From assembly GCA_965237955.1 (NCBI GenBank), contig OZ250169.1:640001-704000 (forward strand): a DNA stretch of 64,000 nucleotides, read 5' to 3'. Origin of the DNA: Candidatus Marinacidobacterales bacterium (GTDB taxonomy: Bacteria; Acidobacteriota; Vicinamibacteria; Marinacidobacterales; SMYC01). The position numbers were made by a program, and so were the translations under genes. The notes under the pieces were generated by a model that saw only the letters and a program-made list of their open reading frames with translations, had not been told where the DNA came from and did not search any database. Within the stretch, counting starts at the first letter, position 1. Every line of letters starts with the position of its first letter. Shown here piece after piece: positions 1 to 11,011 of this stretch.

Positions 1-91
1 TACGGTTTGCCTCTACGACAACATGAAAGTGGTCGTACAGTGCTGGGATGGTGAACAGCCCATCTACAACACGCGATTCTTGGCCTTTGCG
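1..91 (+). mobile_element. IS21-family IstA transposase fragment (cut by window edge and duplication junction)
   Basis: Translates TVCLYDNMKVVVQCWDGEQPIYNTRFLAFA, the IstA 'YDNMKxxV...P.FN..F..FA' DDE-region motif. Confidence 0.7.
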
Positions 92-235
92 ACCGTGATC
101 TGGCTCCTGGAACATCCGGAGCGTACCGAGGCGATGGGAGCCTCGGGCCGGCGAGAGATGCAAGGCGTCTATTTGACGGAGCGCTATATCGAGGGCTATC
201 GGAGCCTCTTTCATCTCGCCCTTGAGGGCAACTGA
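92..235 (+). pseudogene. C-terminal remnant of GT4 glycosyltransferase
   Basis: VIWLLEHPERTEAMGASGRR...YIEGYRSLF resembles the C-terminus of the GT4 at 8560-9699 (ILWLFEHPREAEAMGARGK...YIEGYRALF). Confidence 0.75.
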
Positions 236-1906
236 TTTGAATCTCTTCGGCTTCGACATCAGCGAACTCGACCTGGCGAACTTCGTCGCGGCGATGCGTC
301 TGGTGACCATCGGGGTCGTGACGATCTCTTTTCTGCTCTTCTTCCGTCAAAAGCGCTGGACGATATTGGCGATGGGAATCGCGGTGCTCGTCGTCGTGGG
401 CTGGCTCACGACGTTCTATCCGCTGGCCCGGATCTACGGTCTCCAAGCGCCGGGCGATCGACTGCGCAACCTCAGCTGGGTCGCCTCCGTGGCCGCCGGT
501 AATTCCCCCCTGAGCACCGGCCGGGTCGGAGACGTGACCCTCGAGCCCTTGTGGGCACTGGTGGCGGGAGGCCTCTGCTTCGGACACCCCGAGTTTGCAC
601 CGGTGGTCTATGCCCTCGTGTCGCTCGTCATTCCCCTGATGCTCGGATTGGTGCTCTTTCTGCACTTCCGACGCCGGGAGGATGAAGAAAGCGGAAGCGA
701 GCTCAGAGCCTTGGTCGTGGTGGCCTTCGCTCTCCTGGTGTCGAGCGGGCCACTCGACTACTTGGCTCCCTTTCGCGACTTCTACGCCAAGAACTTCTTT
801 CTGAAGCCGAACCACACTCTCGGGTTCGTTTTCATTCCGCTGCTCATCGGGGGCATCGCCAGCCGGCGGAAGCTGTGGCTCGCAAAGGCAGCGGTTCTCC
901 TGTCACTCCTCGGCTGGGCGTTTATCGTTCACTGGGCGTTTTTCTGCTTTGGGCTCGGCATCTACCTCGTTTTGCGTTTTCTCCAACAGAGGAAGAGCTC
1001 TGGCGGCGAGCTCCGGAGCGTGCTGATTCTCTGGATATTGAGCGCCATCGCGGTTGCCCCTTACATTTCCATCATCTATCGACAGCACCCCCATGCCATC
1101 CGCATCGACTCCACGGTGGTCGATCCCGAGGTGCCCTCCCGAAGCGCCTGGGGTGACATGCGCCCGGTGGGAAGCTCACTCCTGCTGCTGGTCACGTTCG
1201 ACCGTGCGCTCCTCTTCTTTCTGGCGATCGTCGGGGCGTCGGTCTGGTGGCGGGGGGGTCTGAAGCGGGATCTGCTGTGGCTGGCACTTCTCCTCTCGGC
1301 CTACCTGCTCTGGGGCGTCAACTACGTCGGCTATCTCACCGCACAGGCGCGAGAGGCAGACGAGTTCTACTATTTTCTCGACTTCGTGCTCTCCGTTGCG
1401 GCGGGAGTGGGAGCCTGGCGGCTACTCGAACTCATCGCATCCCGGATGCCGCGGGCCAGCGTGTCGGTCGCGGCGTCGACGCTCGTGGTGATCCTCGTCG
1501 TCACGCCCCTCGTCGCTCCGTACTGGCGCAATCCGGAGATCATGGACGGGCATTTCCGCGTTGCCCGAGAGCCGTTGCCGGGCCCGGTTGTCGAGCTTCG
1601 AGACTGGGTGCTCAAGGCGACCAAAGGTACGGACGTGCTCGTTGCGGACGGCATCGCCGCGTTTTGGGTCCCGGCGCTCTGACGGGCCGTCAAGTTCTCG
1701 TGCCCTATCGGAAGGGTCGAGAGTATCTGGACGCTCTGCTCTCCTCCCCCGATGGTCAGGACGGCCTGCCGTTTCGTGTCACACACGTGGTGTACAGCCA
1801 TGAGTTAGAGGCGGCCATCGGGCTCACACGCCAGACGCTCGAATTGGAACAACGCTACGAGCGGGTGTTCGAGAACCGCCTGGTGACGATCTATCTGATC
1901 GAATAA
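222..1906 (+). pseudogene. Multipass membrane protein (GT-C-like), frameshifted copy
   Basis: Same protein as intact 31224-32906, but a 2-bp insertion near 1678 (gcgctctga vs gcgctgacg) gives a stop at 1682; the C-terminus continues in another frame to 1906. Confidence 0.85.
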
Positions 1907-2393
1907 GCTTCTAGTGCATCATCGCGCGCCCACTCCTCGTTCACGTGCGGCGCTTCGGGCATTTATCATCTCAACTCGGCTCCTCGCGGCTCGCTACCGC
2001 TTCGGGACTTCGCGCTGCTCGGCGGCTGAGGGCTTCGCTCGGTGTGCTGTCTCCCATTTTCGGCGTTAGCAGCCATTCGAAGCGGCCCGCCGACATCTCA
2101 TTCTTTCGAGTAGCCCCAACGGGACGATTGGGCCGGTCTCTCAGCAGATGCGATGGCTGCCGCTCGGCACGCGGCGGACGCGCTCATCAGCGGCCTGTCA
2201 TCAGAAGGTCTCTTCGAGCACCTCGATCGTTCTTCTCAACGTCTCGTCACAGTCGAAATCGCGCGCGCGTTCTCTGGCACGGCTCGACACTCGGCCATCG
2301 CCGCGAGCTAGACGATCGCCGACAGAGGATAGAACGTGTAGTAGCGATGAGCCGGCAAGTAGCGTAGGAGCTTTTGTACCAGTCCTGAGGTAA

Positions 2394-3012
2394 CTACCCG
2401 ATCAAAACCAGCAAAGTAAAAAGAGCGGCCGAGCTGGCGGCGAGGGTTCTCGAGAGACGGCTGCCAAAAAGCGCCACGACCATGACGTTTTCCCCCTCGT
2501 ACAGATCCGGGACGATGGCGGCGGCCGTGGCGAGGAGATAGGCGTAGCCCGTGGGGTTCGATCGAAAGATGGGATAGGCGGCGTCAACACCAACAGGTGT
2601 CTCGCTCGCTAGCCGCGTCGCCGCCCCGGCCCAGTAATAGCTGTCCGTACCGAAGGTGTTGTCCCTCACTTCCCACAGCATGGATGCCTCATAAGCGAGG
2701 ACGGCAATCAGGAAGAGCCAAAAAAAGCGTCCCTGTGGGTCGAAGCGCGAGTGGTGCGCGTCGCCGAAGACAATAGGCGGTGAGGGCGACGAAGACGATC
2801 GTAACGCCCACGAGCCAGCCCGCCGATAGAAGATTCAACGCGCGCAGGACGATGCCGAGCAGCGTCAGCCAACCCGCGCCCCACGCGATGGCGAAGGCCA
2901 CAATCTCGCCGCGACCACGGGTTTCTCCAGGTTTGGCGAAACAAAAAGCGATGAGATAGCCCGGTACGAAAAGCAAGGCCACTCCCCAGATGAGCAGCAG
3001 GAGCGGGCTCAT
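2394..3012 (-). pseudogene. Split, truncated membrane protein (possible glycosyltransferase/polymerase)
   Basis: Two adjacent hydrophobic ORFs (2689-3012 and 2394-2681; LLFVPGY, DSYYW motifs). Confidence 0.55.
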
Positions 3013-3062
3013 CGTTACCGTTCGAGCCTATCGGCGGAGCCGCATTCGAGAGGCCATCGCAT

Positions 3063-3836
3063 CATGGACTCTCCGATGGATGCTTGCGAGCGGCGACGAT
3101 GCTACCGTAACCCAAAGAGCGAAAAAAGCACGCCTCTCTCAGGCGGTCCATCTGCGACCGCATCCAAAGGGCGCCGGGGAGCACCGACGCGAGATAAGGC
3201 ACGGGGGATACTGGGAGCCTTGAATCGAAGGATCTCGTAGTCGGCCGCTTCCACCTCGTGCCGCAACACCCACGGATAGCACCACACGTGTGGCAGGTCG
3301 CTCCGCCCCACATAGCCCTCGTCGACACGGCGTACGAGTCGGAAGCGGTGAAGAAAGCCTATCTTCGGGCGCTGCCGTTCGACGACGGACGTTTCGATGT
3401 CGTGCTGTTGCTTGATGTACTCGCGCACGTCGAGCTTCTCGATCAGCTGAAGGCCCTCTCGGAGGTTGCCCGTGTGCTGACGGACGACGGGGTACTGCTG
3501 ATGAGCGTGCCCAACCTCGCGCACTTGCACAGCCGGTTAAAGCTGTTGTTCACCGGCAAGCTGATGCGGACATCCGCCGTTCACCGGCATCCCGGCGATC
3601 GGCCGCGTGCGGAGTACGAAGAGCTTCTTCATGCGGCAGGCTTCCGCATCGAGTCCCGGCGCGGCATTTTCCCGACGCTTCCGCTCGCGTTTCGGTTGGT
3701 GAACCGCCATCCTCAGTCGTGGGGGTTGGCTCGTCGGCGTGCTCGATGCGTTATTGCCTTTTCCGGGGTTGTCGTTCTTGGCGGCGATCCGGGCAAGAAA
3801 TGTCACTGCGGTGGGTTGATTCGAAAGACGGCGTAG
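3063..3836 (+). pseudogene. Class I SAM-dependent methyltransferase remnant
   Basis: LPFDDGRFDVVLLLDVLAHV...LTDDGVLLMSVPN; motif I region deleted or frameshifted. Confidence 0.7.
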
Positions 3837-4029
3837 TGGTCCTCTTCGAGCACTGGATCAAAGCAGTCACGGATCTCGGGGAAGCCGCTGTCGAACTCCA
3901 AGTGGATCGCGATCGTTAGATCCCACAGCAGGTACATGTCCGGGTACTGTCCCACCGTGCCGGGATCGCAACCGTTGGTCAAGAGCTCGTTGACGGGGGG
4001 CCGATGAGCGCCATCGACAGTTATCGCGG

Positions 4030-4210
4030 CGTCGCGCGAGAACACGGTGTGGCGGACGAACGTCTGCTGTTCTTAGACCGTGTCCCCTACGAGCAAGTAC
4101 CTCTTTGGAGCCGAGCCTTCGACGTTGCGGCGACGCCGTTTCCCGATGCCGCTGACTAGGCTGAGCCGATGTCGCCGATGAAGCTCTTCGAGTACATGGC
4201 GGCCGCTTTG
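4030..4210 (+). pseudogene. GT4 internal remnant
   Basis: DRVPYEQVPLWSRAFDVAATPFPDAAD*AEPMSPMKLFEYMAA is homologous to the GT4 at 46577-47776 and has an in-frame stop. Confidence 0.6.
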
Positions 4211-4289
4211 GGGCTGAACGCGATCAAAAGGAGTATGCTACAATCCGTGACGTTACAAGCAACCTCGAAGAGCAAAGCGTGTTCATGCT

Positions 4290-5102
4290 ATGACTTCGAC
4301 CCGAGTACCCACGCCGCCCGCTAGCACCGAGACCGCGCGGTCCCAAGCTGCTCTAAGCGAGAACGCGCTTCGGCGCTTCGTCATCGACCACCATGGGAGC
4401 TTCGATTCCGCGGGGAACGAGCGCATCTTCGAGAAATGGTTCAAAACCGCCCCCCGACACGTTTTTCAAAGAGGCCGACCGCAAATACGGTCTCACCAGG
4501 CTCCGGCTTTGCGATCTTGGGTGTAGCTACGGGATGAACTTGGTGCACTGCCACGAGGATGCCTACAGGGTGGAGTTCGACGACCGAGAGTCCGACTTCC
4601 CGCAGAGGCTGGGGCTCACCGTGTTCGAGGGCGACTTCGTCAGAAACGACGTGTTCGACCTCCCCAAAGTCGAAGCGGTTTGGTGTGGTGTGGAGCGGTG
4701 CTCGAGCACGTCGAATCGCCTCATCGGTTCCTGCGCAAAGTCCACCAGCTTCTCGAGCCGAGCGGACTCTTGGTTCTGTTCGTGCCGGCGATCTCGTCCG
4801 TCGGCGGTCTCGCTCTCCACCGGCTTCCGTGGATCGGAAGATACTTCGTCGGCTATTTGGCGAGCGACGACATCAATGCGTTCACACCGTCGACGGTCGC
4901 GTTCACGTGTGAGCGAGCCGGATTCGAGACCATCGAGACTGTCGAGGTCACGCCGTCGTTTCCCGGCCCCTCCAGCCTCTTCAACAGGGTCCCTCCGCTG
5001 GCGAGCCTCGTCGACGGCTCGACCTACATCAGTCGCGCCATCCCGAATTGGGAGTACCACCCCAAGGCGACGCGACAAGCCTCTAGTCAAGTCTCTAATT
5101 AA
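4290..5102 (+). pseudogene. Class I SAM-dependent methyltransferase, frameshifted
   Basis: LCDLGCSYG (motif I) and AVLEHVESP...LEPSGLL lie in different frames; the same lesions occur in the copy at 27155-27967. Confidence 0.8.
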
Positions 5103-5156
5103 TGATGCGGGCTTCAATTGGCGCCGCTCGCGCTAGTGCCCAACGCTTCCCCTTCG

Positions 5157-6293
5157 ATGAAAATCTTGCTCGTTACACCCTACTTCTTCGAGCCCCACCG
5201 GTGGAACATCAGCGCTTACAAGACCGCGCACAGCTTGGCCCGTATCGGCGTCAACGTCATCGTGTTCACGGCGCGCTCCGAAGGCCAGCCGTTCCTCGAA
5301 AAGGTGGGCTCTCATCTGAAAATCTACCGCTACAGAGACTTGTTCATCCCCGACCCTGCCAACTTCGGGATCATCCCGTTCTTGTCGGCGCGTCTGTGGA
5401 AAGTCGTTCTACAGGAGGTACCGACGCATTTTCTCGTGTTCACCCACATGTACCACGCGTCGCTCGCGGTGGTTTTGCTGAAAGCGATGGGCAAGCGCGT
5501 CGTTGTCGTCACCGACACGTTTCCAGGCATCGACTGGTTCAGTCGTTCACGACTCGTCAACGCGGTGCTATGGGTGTACGCGCGCACCGTTGGGTTCTTG
5601 GTGCTTCGCCTCGCCGATCACGTCGTTCTGTTGCACCGAGGGTTGGTGCCGACGGCGGAGCGGATGGGCCTTCGTTTCGTCGTGCACCCGTACGGCGTCG
5701 AGATGCATCGCTACGAGAGTCCGAGGCCGCCTGCGGATCTGGAGAAAGAGGACGGCGCGATCTGGGTCGCGTACGTGGGCCGGCTGGAGTCGGTCAAAGC
5801 GTATGACTTCATCCTCGGCGCGGCCGCAACTTTAACCGCGCGCCACGCGAACGTGCATTTTATTTTCGTGGGCGACGTCACCGGTAAGGACGATGTCGTC
5901 GAGCGCTACCAGAGTACTCGCATCCGTTTTCTCGGGCACCGTGACGACGTTCCCGGTATCCTAGTGAAGGTCGACGTCTTCGTCCTCGCTTCGTTGTCCG
6001 AAGGACTTCCGAGCGGACTCATGGAAGCGATGGCGTCCGGGTGCGCGTGCGTGGCCACAGAGGTCGGCGGTATCCCCTATCTTTTCAGCGAATCGCCCGG
6101 CGAGGCGGGGTTGCTCGTGCCGCCGGGGGATCCCAAAGCACTCGAGGAAGCGCTCGAAAAGCTTGTGAACGACGGTGAGCTCAGGCGGAGCCTGGGCGAG
6201 CGAGCCCGGCAAGTTATCCACGATCACTACCGCATGGACGAGCTCGCCAAAGAGCTCGTGACGATCCTCGAGACCACGTCGACCGAACCATGA
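5157..6293 (+). CDS. Glycosyltransferase family 4
   Basis: MKILLVTPYF; YVGRLESVK; SLSEGLPSGLMEAMASG (EX7E). Confidence 0.92.
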   Translation: MKILLVTPYFFEPHRWNISAYKTAHSLARIGVNVIVFTARSEGQPFLEKVGSHLKIYRYRDLFIPDPANFGIIPFLSARLWKVVLQEVPTHFLVFTHMYHASLAVVLLKAMGKRVVVVTDTFPGIDWFSRSRLVNAVLWVYARTVGFLVLRLADHVVLLHRGLVPTAERMGLRFVVHPYGVEMHRYESPRPPADLEKEDGAIWVAYVGRLESVKAYDFILGAAATLTARHANVHFIFVGDVTGKDDVVERYQSTRIRFLGHRDDVPGILVKVDVFVLASLSEGLPSGLMEAMASGCACVATEVGGIPYLFSESPGEAGLLVPPGDPKALEEALEKLVNDGELRRSLGERARQVIHDHYRMDELAKELVTILETTSTEP

Positions 6294-7420
6294 AGACGAT
6301 CGTCATCTTCAGCTGGTTCTACCTTCCGTTCATCGGCGGCGCCGAGCTCTTCGTCAAAGCGATTACCGACCGGCTCGGCTACCGCTTCCGCTTTGTGATC
6401 GTAACTGCGCGAGCCGACCGCAAGTTGGCGGCAATCGACGAGAGCGAGCGCGTGAGCGTCGTGCGTGTCGGCCTCGGCAATCGCTCCGACAAATTCATGT
6501 ATCCACTGTTCGCTCTCAAATGGGCGCTCGCGTCCGAGCACGTCGATCTCGTTCACGCGATCATGGTGAACGCGTCAGCGGTGGCAGCGTATTTGTTCTC
6601 GAAGATGAAACGCGTGCCCACGCTTCTGACCCTCCAAGAAGGCGACACCGAAGACTACGCCCGAGAGTACTTGCGGCTGCTGTTCCCGGTCTATCCGTGG
6701 TTGCACCGTTCGTTCGATCGGGTCCACGCGATCAGCCGTTTTCTCGAACAACAAGCGATCACCTATGGCGCCGACACCGAGACCATCCGGGTGATCCCGA
6801 ACGGTGTCGATACCGAAGTCTTCCGCCCCGGCGAAAGTGACGCGAGCGCAAAGCTTCGGACCCGGTTGGGTCTCGATGGAAAGCGCGTCGTCGTCTCAGT
6901 GTCGCGTCTCGTTTCCAAAAACGGGTTGGACACTCTCGTGGAGGCGATGCCCCGGCTGCGACGAGAGCATCCCGACGTCGCGCTCGTGCTCGTCGGCACC
7001 GGCCTGGAAAAGCGGCATCTCGAATGCAAAGCGGACGAGCTCGGTGTGAGCGACGCCGTCGTACTCGTAGGTGAGGTGCCTCACGAGGAGACGGCCGACT
7101 ATCTCCGGCTGGCCCACGCGTTCGTGCGGCCATCGCGTAGCGAAGGGCTCGGCAGTGCTTTTCTCGAAGCGATGGCGTCGGGAGTTCCTGTCGTAGCGAC
7201 ACCGGTGGGAGGTATCCCCGACTTTCTCGATCCCGAAGTGACCGGGCTTTTCTGCAAGCCTAACGATCCTGAAAGCGTAGCCGGCGCCATCGGGCGCTTG
7301 TTCACCGACCACGCTCTTTCTCAAAATCTGCGCGTCGGGGGGCTTCGCCTCGTGCAAGCGCGCTACCGTTGGGACCAGGTGGCCGATCGGATCGCTGCGG
7401 TGTACGAGGAGCTACTCTGA
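6290..7420 (+). CDS. Glycosyltransferase family 4
   Basis: IGGAE, VIPNGVD, SRSEGLGSAFLEAMASG; ATGA overlap with upstream gene. Confidence 0.93.
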   Translation: MKTIVIFSWFYLPFIGGAELFVKAITDRLGYRFRFVIVTARADRKLAAIDESERVSVVRVGLGNRSDKFMYPLFALKWALASEHVDLVHAIMVNASAVAAYLFSKMKRVPTLLTLQEGDTEDYAREYLRLLFPVYPWLHRSFDRVHAISRFLEQQAITYGADTETIRVIPNGVDTEVFRPGESDASAKLRTRLGLDGKRVVVSVSRLVSKNGLDTLVEAMPRLRREHPDVALVLVGTGLEKRHLECKADELGVSDAVVLVGEVPHEETADYLRLAHAFVRPSRSEGLGSAFLEAMASGVPVVATPVGGIPDFLDPEVTGLFCKPNDPESVAGAIGRLFTDHALSQNLRVGGLRLVQARYRWDQVADRIAAVYEELL

Positions 7421-7423
7421 GCC

Positions 7424-8587
7424 ATGAATCTCCTTCTCGCGACGGGCATCTTTCCTCCGGATATCGGGGGGCCGGCCACGTATGTGGCAGGTTTGGCTCC
7501 CGAGCTTTGTAAACGAGGCTTTGGCGTCGAGGTGGTCACCTATGGAGAGGCGTCTTCCGACGAGGTCATGTTTTCGGTGGCTCGCGTCTCCCGGAATCAA
7601 AGCTTGCCGCAACGCTACGGGTCGTATTTCGTGTCGGTGCGGAAAGCGCTCGCACGAGCCGACCTCGCCTACATTCAAGATCCGGTTAGCGTCGGCCTAC
7701 CGGCTACGCTCGCAGCGCTCTCACGGCGAAAGCCTACCGTACTCAAAGTCGTCGGCGACCTCGCGTGGGAGATCGGCCGCGCCGACGGCATCGTCGATGA
7801 CGACGTCGACGACTTCCAAACGAAGCGCTACGGAACGCTAGTGGAATCGATGCGGAAAGCCCAGCGTTTCGTCGCCCGCCGCGCCGGCGCCGTCATCACC
7901 CCGTCGCACTATCTGAAGAATCTTGTCATCGGTTGGGGCGTTCCTAGCGAGCGGGTCCACGTCATCGAGAACGGCGCCCGGCCCAAGCCGGAAACGCGCC
8001 TGACTCGAGAAGACGCGCGCGCGCGGCTAGAGCTCGACGGAGATCCGATTCTGATCAGCGCCGGCCGACTGGTGCCGTGGAAAGGGTACGAGCACATCAT
8101 CGATTCAATGCCGGCGATCTTGCGAGATCATCCACGCGCACGCCTTCTGATCGCCGGCTCGGGACCGTGCGAGACAGCTCTCCTTGAGCGCGTCCAAAAG
8201 CTCAAGCTCGACGACGCTGTTCAGCTCTTGGGCGCGCGCGCGCCGACCGACCTCGCGATGCATCTCTGCGCCAGCGACGTGTTCGTGCTGGTGTCCACCT
8301 ATGAAGGTTTTTCGCATCTGTTGTTGGAAGCGATGCAATCGGAGCTTCCCGTCGTCGCATCTCGCTGCGGGGGTAACCCCGAGCTCGTCGGAGACGCCGA
8401 CAGCGGACTCCTGGTGTCGCCGGATCCACGAGGGGCGGAAGCCGCCATCCGAAAGCTTCTCGCCGATCCGCCGCTGCGAGCACGCCTCGGCGCAAGAGGC
8501 AAACGACGCGCGGAAGATTTTACGTGGGAGAAGATGGTCGCGCGTACGGCACAACTTCTTCAAGACGCCTGGAACAACGCTCGGTAG
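7424..8587 (+). CDS. Glycosyltransferase family 4
   Basis: FPPDIGGPATY; GRLVPWKG; YEGFSHLLLEAM. Confidence 0.93.
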   Translation: MNLLLATGIFPPDIGGPATYVAGLAPELCKRGFGVEVVTYGEASSDEVMFSVARVSRNQSLPQRYGSYFVSVRKALARADLAYIQDPVSVGLPATLAALSRRKPTVLKVVGDLAWEIGRADGIVDDDVDDFQTKRYGTLVESMRKAQRFVARRAGAVITPSHYLKNLVIGWGVPSERVHVIENGARPKPETRLTREDARARLELDGDPILISAGRLVPWKGYEHIIDSMPAILRDHPRARLLIAGSGPCETALLERVQKLKLDDAVQLLGARAPTDLAMHLCASDVFVLVSTYEGFSHLLLEAMQSELPVVASRCGGNPELVGDADSGLLVSPDPRGAEAAIRKLLADPPLRARLGARGKRRAEDFTWEKMVARTAQLLQDAWNNAR

Positions 8588-9699
8588 CCTTCGATGTAGC
8601 TTTCGGTGGAGTAGAGATTTTTCGCCGATTGCTTGCCTCGGGCACCCATCGCTTCGGCCTCTCTCGGATGCTCGAACAGCCACAGGATGCGCTCGGCGAC
8701 AGCGTCCTCGTCTCCAGGAGGTACGAGAAAGCCCGTCTGCTCGTTCTCGACGAGCTCGGGGATGCCGCCGACATCGGACGCAACCACGGGAAGCCCGCAC
8801 GCCATCGCCTCCCACACGACACGCCCCAACCCTTCGGACAAAGAAGGCAGCACGAACAGTCGAGCACTGCGATACTCTTTTCGAAGATCGGTCGGTGACA
8901 ATGAGCCGAGAAGCCTGAGAGACGCTTCGACCCCGAGATGCGCCGCATGTTCACGGAGCGCGCGTTTCATCGGACCGTCGCCCGCGAGATGGAGCGTCGC
9001 CTCCGGCCGTTTAGACGTTACCTGCTTCATCGCCCGGATCAGGGTATCGAAGCCCTTCACCGGGTAGAGCGCACCCACCGACAACACCCGGGTGTCGGAA
9101 CGTGACGGCTCGGTCGCGTCGTCGAAGAGCTCGAAATCGGTGTACCCGGGAAAGCGATGCAGCGGGACTTCGGGCGCCACCGCGGCGATCCGCCGCTCCA
9201 AAAATCTAGAAATAGTACGGATGCGATCACTGCGTCGCAGAACGAAACTCGCCCACGCCGCGAGTATAGGACGAAAAACGGCACTCAACGGGACACGGTG
9301 ATAGAGAAAGGGCGATTCGCTCCAATCACCGTGGACTTCGGTGACGACGACGACACGACGACGCATCACCCATGCGACCCCCCGCACGAAAATCCCGGCG
9401 AGACCTTCGTAGGGGCTTTGACTCAAGACGAGCTGCACTTTCCCACGGTAGACGAGACGAAGCCCAAGCACCGTCGATGCGACAACAAGTAAGACGAGCC
9501 TGAGCGCGGCGATGGGGACGAACGGCAACAAGTAGAACTCGACCGGCTCGGATGCGCGCTGGTATCGGAGTGACGGCGAGAATCCGACGACGTGGAGGCT
9601 CGCCAGCCGACCGAGGTGCTCCATCTTCTTGAGCTCGGTCGGGCCGAGCGGGAGCGCGTAGCGGGTCACGCCGATGTTCACGACGCCGAGTTCTCTCAC
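8560..9699 (-). CDS. Glycosyltransferase family 4
   Basis: VGALYPVKG; SLSEGLGRVVWEAMACG; 3' end overlaps the convergent gene. Confidence 0.92.
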   Translation of the reverse strand: MRELGVVNIGVTRYALPLGPTELKKMEHLGRLASLHVVGFSPSLRYQRASEPVEFYLLPFVPIAALRLVLLVVASTVLGLRLVYRGKVQLVLSQSPYEGLAGIFVRGVAWVMRRRVVVVTEVHGDWSESPFLYHRVPLSAVFRPILAAWASFVLRRSDRIRTISRFLERRIAAVAPEVPLHRFPGYTDFELFDDATEPSRSDTRVLSVGALYPVKGFDTLIRAMKQVTSKRPEATLHLAGDGPMKRALREHAAHLGVEASLRLLGSLSPTDLRKEYRSARLFVLPSLSEGLGRVVWEAMACGLPVVASDVGGIPELVENEQTGFLVPPGDEDAVAERILWLFEHPREAEAMGARGKQSAKNLYSTESYIEGYRALFQAS

Positions 9700-9754
9700 G
9701 GGTAGCAGTCTCTCTACGAGTTGTGTAATACTACCTCAGAATTCTGAGTCGACG

Positions 9755-10519
9755 ATGTCAACGGGTGTAACAACCAACGAAACTGCGGAACGCGTCTCGT
9801 CGAAGTCGCGCCGCCGGCTTCTCGTGATCGTACCCGCGTTCAACGAGGGACCACGGCTTGTTGGAGTCGTCGAGAAAGTCTACCGCGAACACCCGCATGC
9901 CGATGTGCTCGTCGTAGACGACGGCTCTAGTGACGACACCGAGGGGCGCTCTCTCGATGCCGGAGCCATCGTCGCCCGCCATTCTTTCAACCTCGGCTAC
10001 GGTAGCGCGCTCGAGACCGGCTATCAATTCGCGGTCCAAGGCCACTACGACTATGTCGCTCAGCTCGACGGAGACGGACAACACGATCCGATCTCGCTCG
10101 CCGACGTCCTCACGCCCATCTTCGAGGATGCCGCCGACGTCACCATCGGGTCGCGGTTTCTGATCTCGTCGAGCTACCAGGCGCCTTGGGGTCGCAAGCT
10201 CGGAAACCATCTGTTCTCGTGGCTAGCGTCGCGGCTGACGGGCCGGCGGATCACCGACCCAACCTCGGGCTTGTGGGCGATGAACCGAAAAGCGACGGAG
10301 GCTCTCACCGGCGGCCAGTTCCCTCACGACTATCCCGACGCGGACGTTCTCATCGACCTCCACTACGCCGGCCTTCGTCTCACCGAAGTGCCCGTCGTCA
10401 TGCACCCGTCCCAGGGAGGCAGCTCCATGCACGACGGCGCCATGCCTCTCTACTACGTGTTCAAGATGCTCTTGTCCATGTTCTTGGCGACGTTGGGACG
10501 GAGACGCAAGTCTGTGTAG
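9755..10519 (+). CDS. Glycosyltransferase family 2 (polyprenol-phosphate glycosyltransferase-like)
   Basis: IVPAFNE, VVDDGSSD, NLGYG, QLDGDGQHDP, GSRF, DPTSG. Confidence 0.92.
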   Translation: MSTGVTTNETAERVSSKSRRRLLVIVPAFNEGPRLVGVVEKVYREHPHADVLVVDDGSSDDTEGRSLDAGAIVARHSFNLGYGSALETGYQFAVQGHYDYVAQLDGDGQHDPISLADVLTPIFEDAADVTIGSRFLISSSYQAPWGRKLGNHLFSWLASRLTGRRITDPTSGLWAMNRKATEALTGGQFPHDYPDADVLIDLHYAGLRLTEVPVVMHPSQGGSSMHDGAMPLYYVFKMLLSMFLATLGRRRKSV

Positions 10520-10873
10520 ATGCCAATCCGCCAACAAGTCGTCGCGCTGATCATCAGCGTCGCCCTCCTCGTTTTGATCGTTGAGCTAGTGCGGCGCCGC
10601 AAGCTGCGCGAGGAGTATTCTGTCCTTTGGGTCCTCACCTCGATCACGGTCTTCGTGCTCGCGGTGTGGTACGACCTGCTGGTCGTATTGACGCGCCTCA
10701 TCGGTGCTGTCCTGCCGACGTCGACGCTCTTCTTCTTCGCGCTGATCTTACTCGTGCTCGTCTGCCTGCAGTTCTCGGTCCGCATCACCAAGCTCGACGA
10801 CCAAGTGAAAAAGCTCGCGCAAGCGCTGGCGCTCAAGGAAGCCAAGGGCCAGAAACAGAAACAAGATCGGTAG
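10520..10873 (+). CDS. DUF2304-family small membrane protein
   Basis: LVRRRKLREEYSVLW, three hydrophobic helices, C-terminal KLAQALAL; directly follows GT2. Confidence 0.82.
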   Translation: MPIRQQVVALIISVALLVLIVELVRRRKLREEYSVLWVLTSITVFVLAVWYDLLVVLTRLIGAVLPTSTLFFFALILLVLVCLQFSVRITKLDDQVKKLAQALALKEAKGQKQKQDR

Positions 10874-11011
10874 CATCGAGTTTGTCTACCGAGACGGCAC
10901 CACAAGTTGGCTTGAACCGATTGCTGCGCACACTGCCATTCGAAGACCTACCCGCGACAATGCCGCTCGGGATAGATTCTATCAACGACGGCATCCCAGA
11001 ACGGCGACCCC

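Larger units (their letters stand above)
92..11011. repeat. Left arm of ~11-kb inverted duplication (partner 21246-33036)
   Basis: ORFs mirror each other (5118+27139 = 6290+25967 = 10520+21737 = 32257); proteins identical or nearly so. Confidence 0.97.

Noticed and set aside
5102-10905. Numerous long overlapping and antisense Arg/Ser-rich ORFs
   Set aside because: Expected shadow ORFs in high-GC DNA overlapping well-supported genes; no recognisable motifs
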